Source: Candidatus Poseidoniaceae archaeon
GTDB taxonomy: Archaea > Thermoplasmatota > Poseidoniia > Poseidoniales > Poseidoniaceae
Direction: 5' to 3'
DNA: 64,000 nt
Assembly (NCBI GenBank): GCA_938030705.1
Contig: CALHIR010000003.1
Location: 36,706-100,705 of the forward strand
A program made the position numbers and the translations under genes. Of this stretch, positions 9,284 through 19,765 are shown one piece after another (position 1 is the stretch's first letter; every line of letters starts with the position of its first letter). The notes beneath the pieces were generated by a model, which worked only from the letters and a program-made list of their open reading frames with translations, had not been told where the DNA came from and made no database searches.

Positions 9284-11167
9284 ATGAGCAAAGTGATTGG
9301 AATTGACCTAGGAACAACGAACAGCTGCGTGGCCACCATCGAAAACGGTGAACCCGTGGTGATACCGAACGCAGAAGGCGCCCGCACCACCCCCTCCGTG
9401 GTGGCGTTCGCCAAAGACGGGGGTGAGCGACTCATCGGCGTAACGGCGAAGCGACAAGCGGTGACCAATGCGGACCGAACCATGATCTCCGTGAAGCGGC
9501 ACATGGGAACGAAGTGGTCCACCGATGTGGACGATACCACCTACACTCCGCAGGAAGTCTCGGCCTTTATTCTACAAAAGCTGAAAGCGGACGCTGAGGC
9601 TTACCTTGGCCACGAAGTGAAGCAAGCGGTCATCACCTGTCCGGCCTACTTTACCGACGCCCAACGAAAAGCGACCAAGGACGCCGGTCGTATCGCCGGC
9701 CTTGAGGTCCTGCGCATCATCAACGAACCCACGGCTGCCGCTCTGGCGTACGGCGTGGACAAAACCCAAGACCAGACCATTTTGGTCTACGACCTGGGCG
9801 GTGGAACTTTTGACGTCTCTGTGCTTGAAATCTATGAAGTCGATGGACAACCTCAGATTGAGGTGAAAGCAACGGCGGGCAACAACAAGCTCGGTGGCGA
9901 TGACTTCGACGAGAAGATCATGAAATGGATGGTGGCCGAGTTCAAGAAGGACACCGGCATTGATCTCTCCAAGGACAATCAAGCCATGTCACGGTTGAAG
10001 GAAGCCGCCGAGAAAGCGAAAATCGAAATCTCTGGAACCCAGCAGACGCAGATTAACCTGCCTTTCATTTCCATGGCGGACGGACAACCTGTCCACATGG
10101 ACCTCTCCCTTTCACGAGCGAAGTTCGAAGACCTCATCGCCAAACTCATCGAGAAGACGATGGTTCCTACCCGACAAGCCATGAAGGACGCTGGCCTGAA
10201 GAAGGGCGATGTGGACAAGGTGATTTTGGTCGGCGGTTCTACCCGTGTTCCTGCGGTTCAAGAAGCCGTTGAGAAAGAAGCCGGAAAGCCCCCCTACAAA
10301 GGCATCAATCCCGATGAGGCCGTCGCCATGGGCGCCGCTCTTCAAGCGGGCATCATCGCCGGTGACGAAGGCGTATCGGATATTTTGCTCCTCGACGTAA
10401 CCCCCCTCACGTTGGGCATCGAGACCCTCGGCGGTGTTATGACCACGATGATTGAGCGAAACACCACCATTCCCGCTCGACGTTCTGAAATCTATTCCAC
10501 GGCCTCCGACAACCAGCCGGCGGTGGAGATCCACGTCTTGCAGGGCGAGCGAGAATTTGCCAAAGACAACGTCACGTTGGGCCAGTTCCAACTCGTTGGT
10601 ATTCCTCCCGCACCACGCGGGGTGCCTCAAATTGAAGTCACCTTTGACATCGACGCCAACGGCATCGTCAACGTCAGTGCTAAGGACATGGGCACCGGCA
10701 AAGAACAATCCATCAAGATTGAATCTGCCACCTCCCTCACCGAAGACGAGATTCAGAACAAGATTGCTGAAGCCGAGAAGTTCGCTGAAGAAGACCAGCG
10801 CCGCAAGGCCAAGGTCGAGCTTCGAAACATGGCAGACCAAGTGGTTTACCAGACGCGCCGAACCCTTGAGGAATCGGCTGACAAACTGGACGACAGCGAT
10901 GTTGACCCGGTGAAGGTTCACTTGGATGAACTGGAAAAGATGGTGCAGGACGACGATGGTAAACCCATCGACATCGACGCCATGGACGATGCCGCTATTC
11001 AGGCCAAAGTCAAGGAAATCGAGGAGGCCATGCACGGCGTCTCGACCAAACTCTACGAAGCCGCTGCTGCCGAAATGGCACAGCAAGAGGGCGGTGAAGA
11101 CGGCGACATCAGCGTTGACGACGGCGTCGTCGATGCCGACTTTGAAGTGGTCGAAGACGAGGACTGA
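9284..11167 (+). CDS. dnaK: Chaperone DnaK (Hsp70)
   Basis: [25 protein letters not shown]; short Gram-positive/archaeal-type N-terminal region; ATG 9284. Confidence 0.98.
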   Translation: MSKVIGIDLGTTNSCVATIENGEPVVIPNAEGARTTPSVVAFAKDGGERLIGVTAKRQAVTNADRTMISVKRHMGTKWSTDVDDTTYTPQEVSAFILQKLKADAEAYLGHEVKQAVITCPAYFTDAQRKATKDAGRIAGLEVLRIINEPTAAALAYGVDKTQDQTILVYDLGGGTFDVSVLEIYEVDGQPQIEVKATAGNNKLGGDDFDEKIMKWMVAEFKKDTGIDLSKDNQAMSRLKEAAEKAKIEISGTQQTQINLPFISMADGQPVHMDLSLSRAKFEDLIAKLIEKTMVPTRQAMKDAGLKKGDVDKVILVGGSTRVPAVQEAVEKEAGKPPYKGINPDEAVAMGAALQAGIIAGDEGVSDILLLDVTPLTLGIETLGGVMTTMIERNTTIPARRSEIYSTASDNQPAVEIHVLQGEREFAKDNVTLGQFQLVGIPPAPRGVPQIEVTFDIDANGIVNVSAKDMGTGKEQSIKIESATSLTEDEIQNKIAEAEKFAEEDQRRKAKVELRNMADQVVYQTRRTLEESADKLDDSDVDPVKVHLDELEKMVQDDDGKPIDIDAMDDAAIQAKVKEIEEAMHGVSTKLYEAAAAEMAQQEGGEDGDISVDDGVVDADFEVVEDED

Positions 11168-11226
11168 TGGAAACGCCCAGCCTCTCCAAGCGCTTCGCTT
11201 ATGGGGAAGCGGTCGGTGGATGAACC

Positions 11227-12819
11227 ATGAGCGAAGTCCCCATTCTCAAGGAGACCACGCGCTCTACGGGTCGCGAGGCCCTACGAAACAACATCACCGC
11301 CGCTATGGCGTTGGCGGGAGCGGTTCGCAGCACCCTTGGCCCGCTGGGTCAAGACAAGTTGCTCATCGACGATGAAGGTCGAACCATGGTCACCAACGAC
11401 GGCGTTACCGTCCTCGAATCGGCCAAAGTGGAACACCCTGTCGCCAACATGCTGATCAACGCCTCCACCACACAAGACCGAATCGCTCGGGACGGCACCA
11501 CGAGCGCCGTGTTGCTCTCCGCAGAATTGTTGCAAAACGCGTGGGAACTTGTGCTCCAAGGCGTTCATCCCTCGGCCATCGCCCGAGGCTATCGCCACGC
11601 TGAGGAAGCCTGCCGGAACCACTTCGAGAACCTCATCATCGAGGCCACGGAGGAGCAGATGCTGGCCGCAGCCACCACCTCACTCTCTGGGAAAATCCAC
11701 CAAGCGATGCAACGTCAATTGGCGGCCTTGGCCATCCAAGCAGCAAAGGCCGTGGTTGAACAGCGCCCCTCGGGAACCCTTGCCGACCCAACGCGTGTCA
11801 AAATCCTCACCCAAACGGGCGGAAGCATGGCCGATTCGTCCTTGGTAACCGGTTTGGTCCTCGCCAAAAAGCGAGTATCCGACCAAATGCCAAAGCAACT
11901 TCCCTCGGGAAAAATCGCCCTGGTGGACGGTGGGCTGGAACGCAGAGAACTGATGAGTAACCTCAAACTGAACGTTTCCAATACGGGCGTGCTCGAAAGT
12001 TTTCGACAGAAGGAAAAGGCCGTCCTGCTCGAACAAATCGACCACCTTGTTCACCTTGGCGTGACGCTTTTGGCGTGCAAAGAGGGCATTGATGACGATG
12101 TGCATGCTGCCCTCACCGATGCCGGCATCCAGGCTTATCGTCGCGTCTCGCGAGCCGACCTCGACCTGCTGGCCCGAGGCACAAAGGCCACTCTCAACAA
12201 CGACGTGAAAGGCCTGACGGCTTCGGATTTGGGGGTCTTCATCCAGAGCAGCAACGAGCGTTGGAACGGCGTCATGCACTGGATTGTGGAAACTGAAGAA
12301 GGCGGAGCGACCTTCATCGCCAAAGGGTCAACCAACGAAGTGGTTGGGGAAATAGAGCGTTGTTTTGCTGACGCTCTGGGCGTAGCGTGTCAACTGCTTG
12401 AGGAACCGGCGCTCCTGCCGGGCGGTGGCGCCACACAGATTGCACTTGCCCGACACCTTCGAAGATACGCTGAAGGCTTTGCTGGACGTGAGCAACTGGC
12501 TGTTGAGGCTTATGCTGACGCGCTTGAAATCATTCCCAGAACCCTGGCGCAAAACGCTGGTTTGGATCCTCTCGACTCCCTGCTTCAAACGGTGGCCAGA
12601 CAAACAACAGACGGGGGACCAAACGCCCATTTCATCGGACTCAACATCGAGAACAAACAACCCGCAAACATGGTCGAAGACGGCGTGGTTGAACCCTTGC
12701 GCATCACCCGACAAGTGCTTGCAGGGGCAACCGAAGCAGCCCTGTCCGTCCTCCGAATTGACGATGTGTTGTGGGCAAAGCAAGACCCCACGGTTCCTGA
12801 GATTCCTGAAGAAGACTGA
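11227..12819 (+). CDS. Divergent group II chaperonin (thermosome) subunit
   Basis: TLGPLGQDK, VTNDGVT, RDGTTS (canonical GDGTT), PGGGATQ, GVVEP, LRIDDV. Confidence 0.92.
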   Translation: MSEVPILKETTRSTGREALRNNITAAMALAGAVRSTLGPLGQDKLLIDDEGRTMVTNDGVTVLESAKVEHPVANMLINASTTQDRIARDGTTSAVLLSAELLQNAWELVLQGVHPSAIARGYRHAEEACRNHFENLIIEATEEQMLAAATTSLSGKIHQAMQRQLAALAIQAAKAVVEQRPSGTLADPTRVKILTQTGGSMADSSLVTGLVLAKKRVSDQMPKQLPSGKIALVDGGLERRELMSNLKLNVSNTGVLESFRQKEKAVLLEQIDHLVHLGVTLLACKEGIDDDVHAALTDAGIQAYRRVSRADLDLLARGTKATLNNDVKGLTASDLGVFIQSSNERWNGVMHWIVETEEGGATFIAKGSTNEVVGEIERCFADALGVACQLLEEPALLPGGGATQIALARHLRRYAEGFAGREQLAVEAYADALEIIPRTLAQNAGLDPLDSLLQTVARQTTDGGPNAHFIGLNIENKQPANMVEDGVVEPLRITRQVLAGATEAALSVLRIDDVLWAKQDPTVPEIPEED

Positions 12820-12875
12820 ACGAAGTTCCTTGGCTGTAACCAGTTCTTCAAATAGCCGACGCCCGACGACGAGGA

Positions 12876-14447
12876 GTGTCCGCTGCTTCTGAAGCCCCTG
12901 TTGGCATTGACGATATTGCCATCCATTTCCCTCGTCTTTACATGGACATGAAGGACTTTGCAGACCTTCGGGGAGCCGATTATGGCAAACTCAACAAAGG
13001 GCTGGGTCTTGAAGCCATGGCCATTCCCGATGTCCATGAAGATACGGCGACCATGGGAGCCATGGCCGTCATGCAATTGATCGACCGGAACGGGTTGGAT
13101 CCAAGGACCATCGGCCGTATGTATCTTGGAACAGAATCCGCCCTTGACGGCGCCAAGCCAACAGCGACCTACATTGTTGACATGCTCACCCAACGCTATG
13201 CGGAGCGATTTGGAGAAGACTGCTTCCAAACGTGCGACGTGGTCGACATGACCTTTGCCTGCATTGGTGCAGTCGATGCCTTGCACACCACGCTTGATTG
13301 GGTCGCCCGAGACAACGAAAGCGATGAGCGATTGGGTATCGTCATCTTCTCTGACAACGCCAAATACGCCCTCGAATCCTCCGGTGAATACACTCAAGGC
13401 GCAGGCGGCGGAGCGCTCCTCATTCGCCGCAACCCCCGATTGTTGGAAATCCCGGACTGCATCGGCGTCTCGACCACCCCGGTGCACGATTTCTTCAAGC
13501 CTCGCCGAGAAGTATCCATTCGCTCGGTCATCTCCAACGTGATGCAATTGGCGCAAGAAGCCGGCCAAACGGTCAAGAAAGGCCTCATCGAACGCATGAT
13601 TCGCCATCTACCAAAGTCAACCGTGCGCAAACTCGGTATTTTCGCTCACGGCGAGGAGAAGGTCAGTGTGCACCGGGACGACCCTGTCTTTGACGGGCAA
13701 TTCTCAAACCGCTGCTACCAAAACGCCGTGCGTCAGGCCTTCTATGACTTCAGTCAAAAAGCAGAACGCTGCGGCCGAATCGACGCTGAAAACGACGCCC
13801 CGTTTACCGAACAGTGGTCGCGCATCATCATGCACTTGCCTTACGCTTACCAAGCGAAGCGCATGTTCCCCGACGTCTTCCGACACGACCGTGAAAACAC
13901 GCCGATGTGGGACGATGTCATTGCCTCCATCGGGCCCATGCCTGAACAACCCGATTCCACGAGCAGTGAGGCGTTGGAAGCATGGGAAAAGGAGAAAGAC
14001 GCTTATCGGCGCCAAATCTCCAAAACCCCACAATACGCCGAGTTCCATGCTGGTCGCATCGAAAAGGGCCAGCGTGCGAGCAGCCTGATTGGGAACCAAT
14101 ACACCGGTTCAATTTTCCTCGCCTTGATGTCCACCTTTGAATCGGACCTCGAAGACAACAGCAATCTCGACAACGTCTTGTTCGGAATGTGCGGCTACGG
14201 CTCCGGTGCCAAAGCCAAGGTGTTTGAGGGCAAGGTCAGCCCGCGCTGGCGGGAAGTCGTGGCCACGTGGCGATTGTTTGAACGGCTCGGTGGACGCATG
14301 GCGATTGACCACGTGACCTACGAGAATCTGCACAAAGGGACACAAGACAGCAGCGTCATTGAACCACGCGGTGAATTTGCCCTCGTCAACATCGGGGATG
14401 AAGGTGTGGAAGAAGGGGCTCGACGCTACCGCTGGATCAAGGCTTAA
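12876..14447 (+). CDS. Hydroxymethylglutaryl-CoA synthase (long, bacterial-type)
   Basis: GTESALDGAKP (catalytic Glu), FACIGA (catalytic Cys), GEYTQGAG, HLPY, GNQYTGS, GYGSG. Confidence 0.93.
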   Translation: MSAASEAPVGIDDIAIHFPRLYMDMKDFADLRGADYGKLNKGLGLEAMAIPDVHEDTATMGAMAVMQLIDRNGLDPRTIGRMYLGTESALDGAKPTATYIVDMLTQRYAERFGEDCFQTCDVVDMTFACIGAVDALHTTLDWVARDNESDERLGIVIFSDNAKYALESSGEYTQGAGGGALLIRRNPRLLEIPDCIGVSTTPVHDFFKPRREVSIRSVISNVMQLAQEAGQTVKKGLIERMIRHLPKSTVRKLGIFAHGEEKVSVHRDDPVFDGQFSNRCYQNAVRQAFYDFSQKAERCGRIDAENDAPFTEQWSRIIMHLPYAYQAKRMFPDVFRHDRENTPMWDDVIASIGPMPEQPDSTSSEALEAWEKEKDAYRRQISKTPQYAEFHAGRIEKGQRASSLIGNQYTGSIFLALMSTFESDLEDNSNLDNVLFGMCGYGSGAKAKVFEGKVSPRWREVVATWRLFERLGGRMAIDHVTYENLHKGTQDSSVIEPRGEFALVNIGDEGVEEGARRYRWIKA

Positions 14448-14452
14448 GCCTC

Positions 14453-15505
14453 TCAAAAGTCAAGGACAACCTTTCCACAATCACCGTCCATGGCAAGAAG
14501 AACCGCATCTTCAAAGGCCTCGATGCTCATTCGGTGCGTCAAGACCTTGTCTACATCGATGGCTCCTCGTGCAAGCAAGTCATGCATGGTCTCCCAGGTG
14601 GACCACATCTTTCGGCCGTTGATGCCTTTGAGATGGAGGTAGCGGAACACCACCTCGTTCATTGGCACTTCTGGCATGGATTGGCCGTAGACGGAGAGAA
14701 TGTTGACGTAGCCCCCCATTCGAGTCGAATGAATGGCGTTGGAAAGCGCCGAGGCAGCCCCCGAAAATTCACAGCTGTTGTCGACACCTCGGCCTTCGGT
14801 CGCCTCAAGAATCGAAGCGACCACGTCGTCGTCCTTGCCCAAGACCATGTCGGCACCGAGTTCCTTGGCCAAATTCATGCGGTAGGTATTGTCCCAATCC
14901 ACGGCGATAACGGTGCTTGCCCCCATCGCTTTGGCAGCATTGACGGCGAACAGGCCGATTGGCCCCAAACCATGGACCGCCACGGTGGCTCCTTCAACCG
15001 GACCGCCGGTCAGGGTGTGGATGGCGTTTCCAAGCGGGTCCTGAATAGAAGCGTGGCCGGGGTCAAGGCCTTCGGGGACATGTCGGGCATTGATGGCTGG
15101 AATGACAAAATAAGGCGCAAACGCCCCGTGGCCGTGAACACCGAAGATGGATCCGTTTTCACAAACGTGGGCATTACCTTCATGGCAACGAGGGCAATCC
15201 CAGCAGGCCAAATGGCATTCAATGGCGACATGATCACCGATGTCGTGGCTCGAAACGCCTTCGCCCAACGCCACGACAAGTCCACTGGTCTCGTGGCCGG
15301 TCACGGTGCCCAAAGGAACATTTTCCCGACTCCATTCATCCCACTTCCAAATGTGGAGATCCGTCCCGCAAACCGAGGTGGATTGCGTTTGAACCAAGAC
15401 TTCACCGGGACCAGGTTTCGGGACGGCGTGCTCTTCAAGGGTGAACCCCCCGACCTCAGGGCGTGTTTTTGTCCACGCCATCATCGTCGCTGGAACGCTT
15501 CCCAT
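14453..15505 (-). CDS. tdh: L-threonine 3-dehydrogenase (Zn-dependent MDR family)
   Basis: VCGTDLHIWKWDEWS, GHE, structural Zn cysteines, GLGPIG, GKVVL. Confidence 0.88.
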   Translation of the reverse strand: MGSVPATMMAWTKTRPEVGGFTLEEHAVPKPGPGEVLVQTQSTSVCGTDLHIWKWDEWSRENVPLGTVTGHETSGLVVALGEGVSSHDIGDHVAIECHLACWDCPRCHEGNAHVCENGSIFGVHGHGAFAPYFVIPAINARHVPEGLDPGHASIQDPLGNAIHTLTGGPVEGATVAVHGLGPIGLFAVNAAKAMGASTVIAVDWDNTYRMNLAKELGADMVLGKDDDVVASILEATEGRGVDNSCEFSGAASALSNAIHSTRMGGYVNILSVYGQSMPEVPMNEVVFRYLHLKGINGRKMWSTWETMHDLLARGAIDVDKVLTHRMSIEAFEDAVLLAMDGDCGKVVLDF

Positions 15506-15637
15506 CCTTCGCCCTCAAGACGGTCTTGCTTGGCCACCTTTTCATCCTTCGGTCATCTCGCCTTGGTTGTGCATGGTAGGGTTCTTCGGTATGTTGATTA
15601 GGGAGGCGCGACGGCCTAAAATCCCGTTGATGATGCA

Positions 15638-17263
15638 ATGAAGTACGTCGTAGTCAGCGGAGGAGTCCTCTCGGGACTTGGAAAAGGTGTCACTGCAAGT
15701 AGCATTGGCGTCTTGCTCAAAAGCGCTGGACTGCGGGTCACTTCCATCAAGATTGACCCGTACTTGAACAGCGATGCTGGCACCATGTCACCGTTTGAGC
15801 ACGGCGAAGTTTTCGTGCTTGACGACGGAGGCGAAGTCGATCTTGACCTTGGAAACTACGAGCGCTTTCTCGACATCAACCTGTCCAAAGACAACAATTT
15901 GACGACGGGGAAAATCTATTCTCAAGTCATCGAAGCTGAACGTCGTGGCGATTACCTTGGCAAAACGGTCCAAGTCATCCCCCACATAACCGATGCGATT
16001 CAAGATTGGATTGAAGACGTTGCCAAGCGCCCCGCCGATGGAAGTGAGGAGACACCTGACGCCTGTATCATTGAACTCGGTGGCACCGTGGGCGACATTG
16101 AATCCTCACCCTACGTAGAAGCCCTTCGTCAATTCCAATTCCGTGTGGGTCGAGAAAACGTCACCTTCGTCCATGTCTCTCTTGTTCCTGTTCTCGGCCC
16201 AGTGGGTGAACAAAAAACCAAGCCAACGCAACACACGGTGAAAGAATTGCGCGGCTTGGGCATCACCCCCGACATTCTCGTATGCAGATCCTCAGCACCG
16301 TTGAACGAAGAGACGAGGAACAAGTTGGCAGCCTTTTGCCACGTCCAGCCAGAAGCGGTCATGTCAACCCACGATGTCCCGAACATCTACCACGTCCCTC
16401 TCATGCTCCAAGAGCAAGGTCTGTGCGACATTTTGGATGTTGACTGCTCGGCCACCCCGCTGCTGAAAGAGTGGAAACAAATGGCGCATCACCTCGATAC
16501 GCTCACCAAAGAAGTTCACATCGCCATGGTCGGCAAGTACACCGACCTCTCCGACGCTTACCTCTCGGTCATCAAAAGCTTGCAACATGCGGCCATGGCG
16601 GTTGACCGAAAACTGGTCATCGACTGGATTGAAGCGAGCCACCTCGAAGAGAATTGGGACGAAAGCGAACACAAGGAGGCGTGGAAACTCCTTCGTGGTG
16701 CGGACGGCGTCTTGGTCCCCGGAGGCTTCGGCGACCGAGGCATCGAGGGGAAAATCCTCGCCGCACACTTTGCACGCACCAACAACGTCCCCTACCTCGG
16801 CATCTGCCTTGGCCTGCAAATCGCCACCATTGAATTCTGTCGCAACGTGCTCGGCATGACGGGAGCGAACTCCACTGAATTTGAGGACAACCCAGAGCAT
16901 GCAGCGGTGGTGTTCATGCCAGAAATTTCCAAAACACACCTCGGAGGCACCATGCGGTTGGGAAGCCGGCCGACACTCTGGCAACACGAAGGTTCAACCA
17001 TCCGTGGATTGTACGGGCAGGGTGCATCGGTGGACGAGCGCCACCGGCATCGATACGAAGTCAACCCCGACCTCATTGAACGCATCGAAGAGGCAGGTCT
17101 CGTCTTCGTCGGCAAGGACGAATCGGGGCAACGTTGTGAAATCTTTGAGCTCAACGACCACCCCTATTACGTCGGGGTCCAGTTCCATCCCGAGTTCAAA
17201 TCGCGCCCGGGCAGGCCAAGCCCACCTTTCCTCGGTTTGCTTCAGGCCGCCTCAAAGCAATGA
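15638..17263 (+). CDS. pyrG: CTP synthase
   Basis: [41 protein letters not shown]. Confidence 0.98.
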   Translation: MKYVVVSGGVLSGLGKGVTASSIGVLLKSAGLRVTSIKIDPYLNSDAGTMSPFEHGEVFVLDDGGEVDLDLGNYERFLDINLSKDNNLTTGKIYSQVIEAERRGDYLGKTVQVIPHITDAIQDWIEDVAKRPADGSEETPDACIIELGGTVGDIESSPYVEALRQFQFRVGRENVTFVHVSLVPVLGPVGEQKTKPTQHTVKELRGLGITPDILVCRSSAPLNEETRNKLAAFCHVQPEAVMSTHDVPNIYHVPLMLQEQGLCDILDVDCSATPLLKEWKQMAHHLDTLTKEVHIAMVGKYTDLSDAYLSVIKSLQHAAMAVDRKLVIDWIEASHLEENWDESEHKEAWKLLRGADGVLVPGGFGDRGIEGKILAAHFARTNNVPYLGICLGLQIATIEFCRNVLGMTGANSTEFEDNPEHAAVVFMPEISKTHLGGTMRLGSRPTLWQHEGSTIRGLYGQGASVDERHRHRYEVNPDLIERIEEAGLVFVGKDESGQRCEIFELNDHPYYVGVQFHPEFKSRPGRPSPPFLGLLQAASKQ

Positions 17264-17265
17264 CC

Positions 17266-17982
17266 TCAAGCGGTCTCTTCAGCCAGCCAAGCGTTGACCA
17301 ATTCCGGGAGGACCTCGCCGGCTTTCCCAAGGTGAACCTCATCAAAAGCATCCACATTCAGCGGTGCTTCGGCGTTCACAAGAACCGTACGCACCCCGTT
17401 GGCCCGGGCAATGTGTACGAGGTCAGATGCAGGGTAAACATGACCTGAACTGCCGACCACAATGAAAACTTCGCAAGCATCAACGGCAGCGTAAATATCC
17501 TCCATGTGCATCGGTCGTTCACCGAACCATACGATATCGGGGCGCATGCGTTGCGGTTCTACGCAACAGTTGCAGGTCAGGAAATCATCGGTAAGGTCGG
17601 CAGGATCCATTCGAAGTTCCCGATGACCGCTGTTCTCGCACCGTAAGGTTCGCAATTGTCCGTGCATGTGGACAACGTCCTGACTTCCGCCACGCTCGTG
17701 CAAATCGTCCACGTTTTGTGTGATGAGCAGCATGTGTTCCAAACCCTGCTCCAAAGCCGCAAGGGCGTTGTGGGCTGGATTCGGTTGGACCTCTTGCAGT
17801 TGACGTCGCCGACCCTGGTAGAAACCCCAGACCAAGGCGGGGTTGGCCCGCCACGCCTCGGGTGTGGCGACGTCCTCGATATGATATTCTTCCCAGAGCC
17901 CGTCGTTGTCCCTAAACGTTTGAATTCCAGATTCCGCTGAGATGCCTGCGCCTGTTAAAATGACCACTCGTTTTCCTTGCAT
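17266..17982 (-). CDS. cobB: NAD-dependent protein deacylase (class III sirtuin)
   Basis: GAGISAESGIQTFR, TQNVDDLHERGG, HG, RPDIVWFGE, GSSGHVYPA. Confidence 0.95.
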   Translation of the reverse strand: MQGKRVVILTGAGISAESGIQTFRDNDGLWEEYHIEDVATPEAWRANPALVWGFYQGRRRQLQEVQPNPAHNALAALEQGLEHMLLITQNVDDLHERGGSQDVVHMHGQLRTLRCENSGHRELRMDPADLTDDFLTCNCCVEPQRMRPDIVWFGERPMHMEDIYAAVDACEVFIVVGSSGHVYPASDLVHIARANGVRTVLVNAEAPLNVDAFDEVHLGKAGEVLPELVNAWLAEETA

Positions 17983-18076
17983 GTCATGACCATACCATGA
18001 GATTATATGAATCGCACATGAGTCGTTCTTCCTGCCGATTGTTCACATCATCGGCTCAACAACGCCTCGATTTGCC

Positions 18077-19261
18077 TCAAATCTCCGCGACGCGGATAAG
18101 TCGCGTCGTCCGGAAACCTTGCAGGATTTTGATGAAGCGTTTGGCTTGGAATTCTGCGTCGAGTTCTTCATCGCCAGTATCGATGCGAACGGCATCAAGC
18201 CCGATGAGTTTTGAGGGGGTTGCGACGCCGAGAATGTTGCCGTGACCAATGAGCCGAAGAACGTCGGGGGAAAGTTGCAAGTTCCCTCGTCCAATGAGGA
18301 AGCCCTGTCCGCCCATGGGCGAGAGAAGGAGGAGAAGGGGGCGAGGCCCACGTTCGTCCACATGAGCGCTGATGACCTTCAGGAGGCCATCTTCGTTGAG
18401 GTCGGCGTGAAGGGTATCACCGTGTTGAACATCGATGCCAAGCAGGGTCAATTCTTGCCCCAAGTGCTCACCCATACGTCGTAACGTGCCTCCACTGCCC
18501 CACACCACCATGAGATCGGGTTCGTCTTCCATGAGGGAAGAAACATGATGAGCCAACCCTTCAATGGTATCTTCTTCACTGACCCGCTCAACCTGTTCCT
18601 TAGCCCCTTGCATAAAGCGGGGTGAAGACGGTGTCCAAGCTTCCCCGTACATGCGGACCTTCCATTCCCCTTTGGCGTAGATGGTTTCGTCCAAATCCAT
18701 CACTTCGGTAATCGCCGTGCGCAAATCGCCCAACGCAAAGGACAGAACGACTTCTGCTGCTGCTTTGGGTGTGGTGGCAAAACAACCCGAATGCATTTTC
18801 ACGCCACCGGGAACACCGATCAAGGCGGTCTTTTGGGCCTCTTCGCCCATTGCTTCCAAGGCTTTCACAATGTCTCGGGTTGTTCCATCACCGCCGGCAT
18901 ACACCAGCGCCTCAGCGCCGGCTTTGACGAGTTCTTGGACGAGGAGGGTCGTGTCTTCAGGTGAAGTGGTGGCGGGAGTGGTGCCCATCACGTTGACCGA
19001 AAACGGCGCATCGTCGGCCACTGTAGGCAACCATGTCGAACCCATCCGTCCATCCCATACCAGCAAGTCCAGCGCAACACCGCTCCGATTAAGGGAAGAA
19101 GAGGCCAACGCCACGAGGTGGTTCAAGCATTGATGCATCCGGGGGCCTGCACGGTCTTCAGCGCCGGCGGCACGGGCTTCTTCGGCGCGACCGTCGCTGC
19201 CCTTGAACCCCAATTTGCCACCCAATCCTGCGTCGGGGTTGACCACGATGCCCAGGCGCAT
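18077..19261 (-). CDS. ATP-NAD kinase family protein
   Basis: Start reassigned to ATG 19261 (MRLGIVVNPDAGLGG..KGSDG); GGDGT, GVKMHSG, GQGFLIGRGN. Confidence 0.85.
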   Translation of the reverse strand: MRLGIVVNPDAGLGGKLGFKGSDGRAEEARAAGAEDRAGPRMHQCLNHLVALASSSLNRSGVALDLLVWDGRMGSTWLPTVADDAPFSVNVMGTTPATTSPEDTTLLVQELVKAGAEALVYAGGDGTTRDIVKALEAMGEEAQKTALIGVPGGVKMHSGCFATTPKAAAEVVLSFALGDLRTAITEVMDLDETIYAKGEWKVRMYGEAWTPSSPRFMQGAKEQVERVSEEDTIEGLAHHVSSLMEDEPDLMVVWGSGGTLRRMGEHLGQELTLLGIDVQHGDTLHADLNEDGLLKVISAHVDERGPRPLLLLLSPMGGQGFLIGRGNLQLSPDVLRLIGHGNILGVATPSKLIGLDAVRIDTGDEELDAEFQAKRFIKILQGFRTTRLIRVAEI

Positions 19262-19369
19262 GTTCCTGCGTGGCGCCGCCCCCTCAAATAGACCTGCATA
19301 CGAGAAGTTCTCGCCCAAAGGTAGCCAAATGACCCGAGCCTTCTTGTGGTAGAGGTGGGATGGAACACC

Positions 19370-19684
19370 ATGAAAAGGGCCCCCACGGACAAGCCGAACC
19401 TCGACGACGTTCTCGCTCGGGATTTCTCGGAACTGAAGGCGGGAGAGGAGAACCTCAAGGTTGAGGCGAATCCATCGGTCCCTCAAACCGAAGAGCAGGC
19501 GCCGGCCCTACCGAAGGTCTACAACCAACGCATCGACGCTGTTGAAGACCGAGAGGCGTTCGTCGTCAAACCTCCTGCCGTGGCTTCGAGCAAAGGCGAA
19601 CAAAAGGGCGAGGGGACGCCAACTCCGGTCGTGCTCAAAGCCCCGCCAGCCCAACTTGGCGATGATTTTGACGTGGACTGGTAG
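19370..19684 (+). CDS. Hypothetical low-complexity protein
   Basis: 104-aa ORF after GAGGTG-like signal; Pro/Ala/Glu-rich, ends DDFDVDW. Confidence 0.6.
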   Translation: MKRAPTDKPNLDDVLARDFSELKAGEENLKVEANPSVPQTEEQAPALPKVYNQRIDAVEDREAFVVKPPAVASSKGEQKGEGTPTPVVLKAPPAQLGDDFDVDW

Positions 19685-19765
19685 AACCCCTCGCTACCGG
19701 GCAGGAAGGAGCGCGGGATTCATAGCGATGAGGCAACCCCGTAGGGGTTGAAGGAGTCTGGTAAC

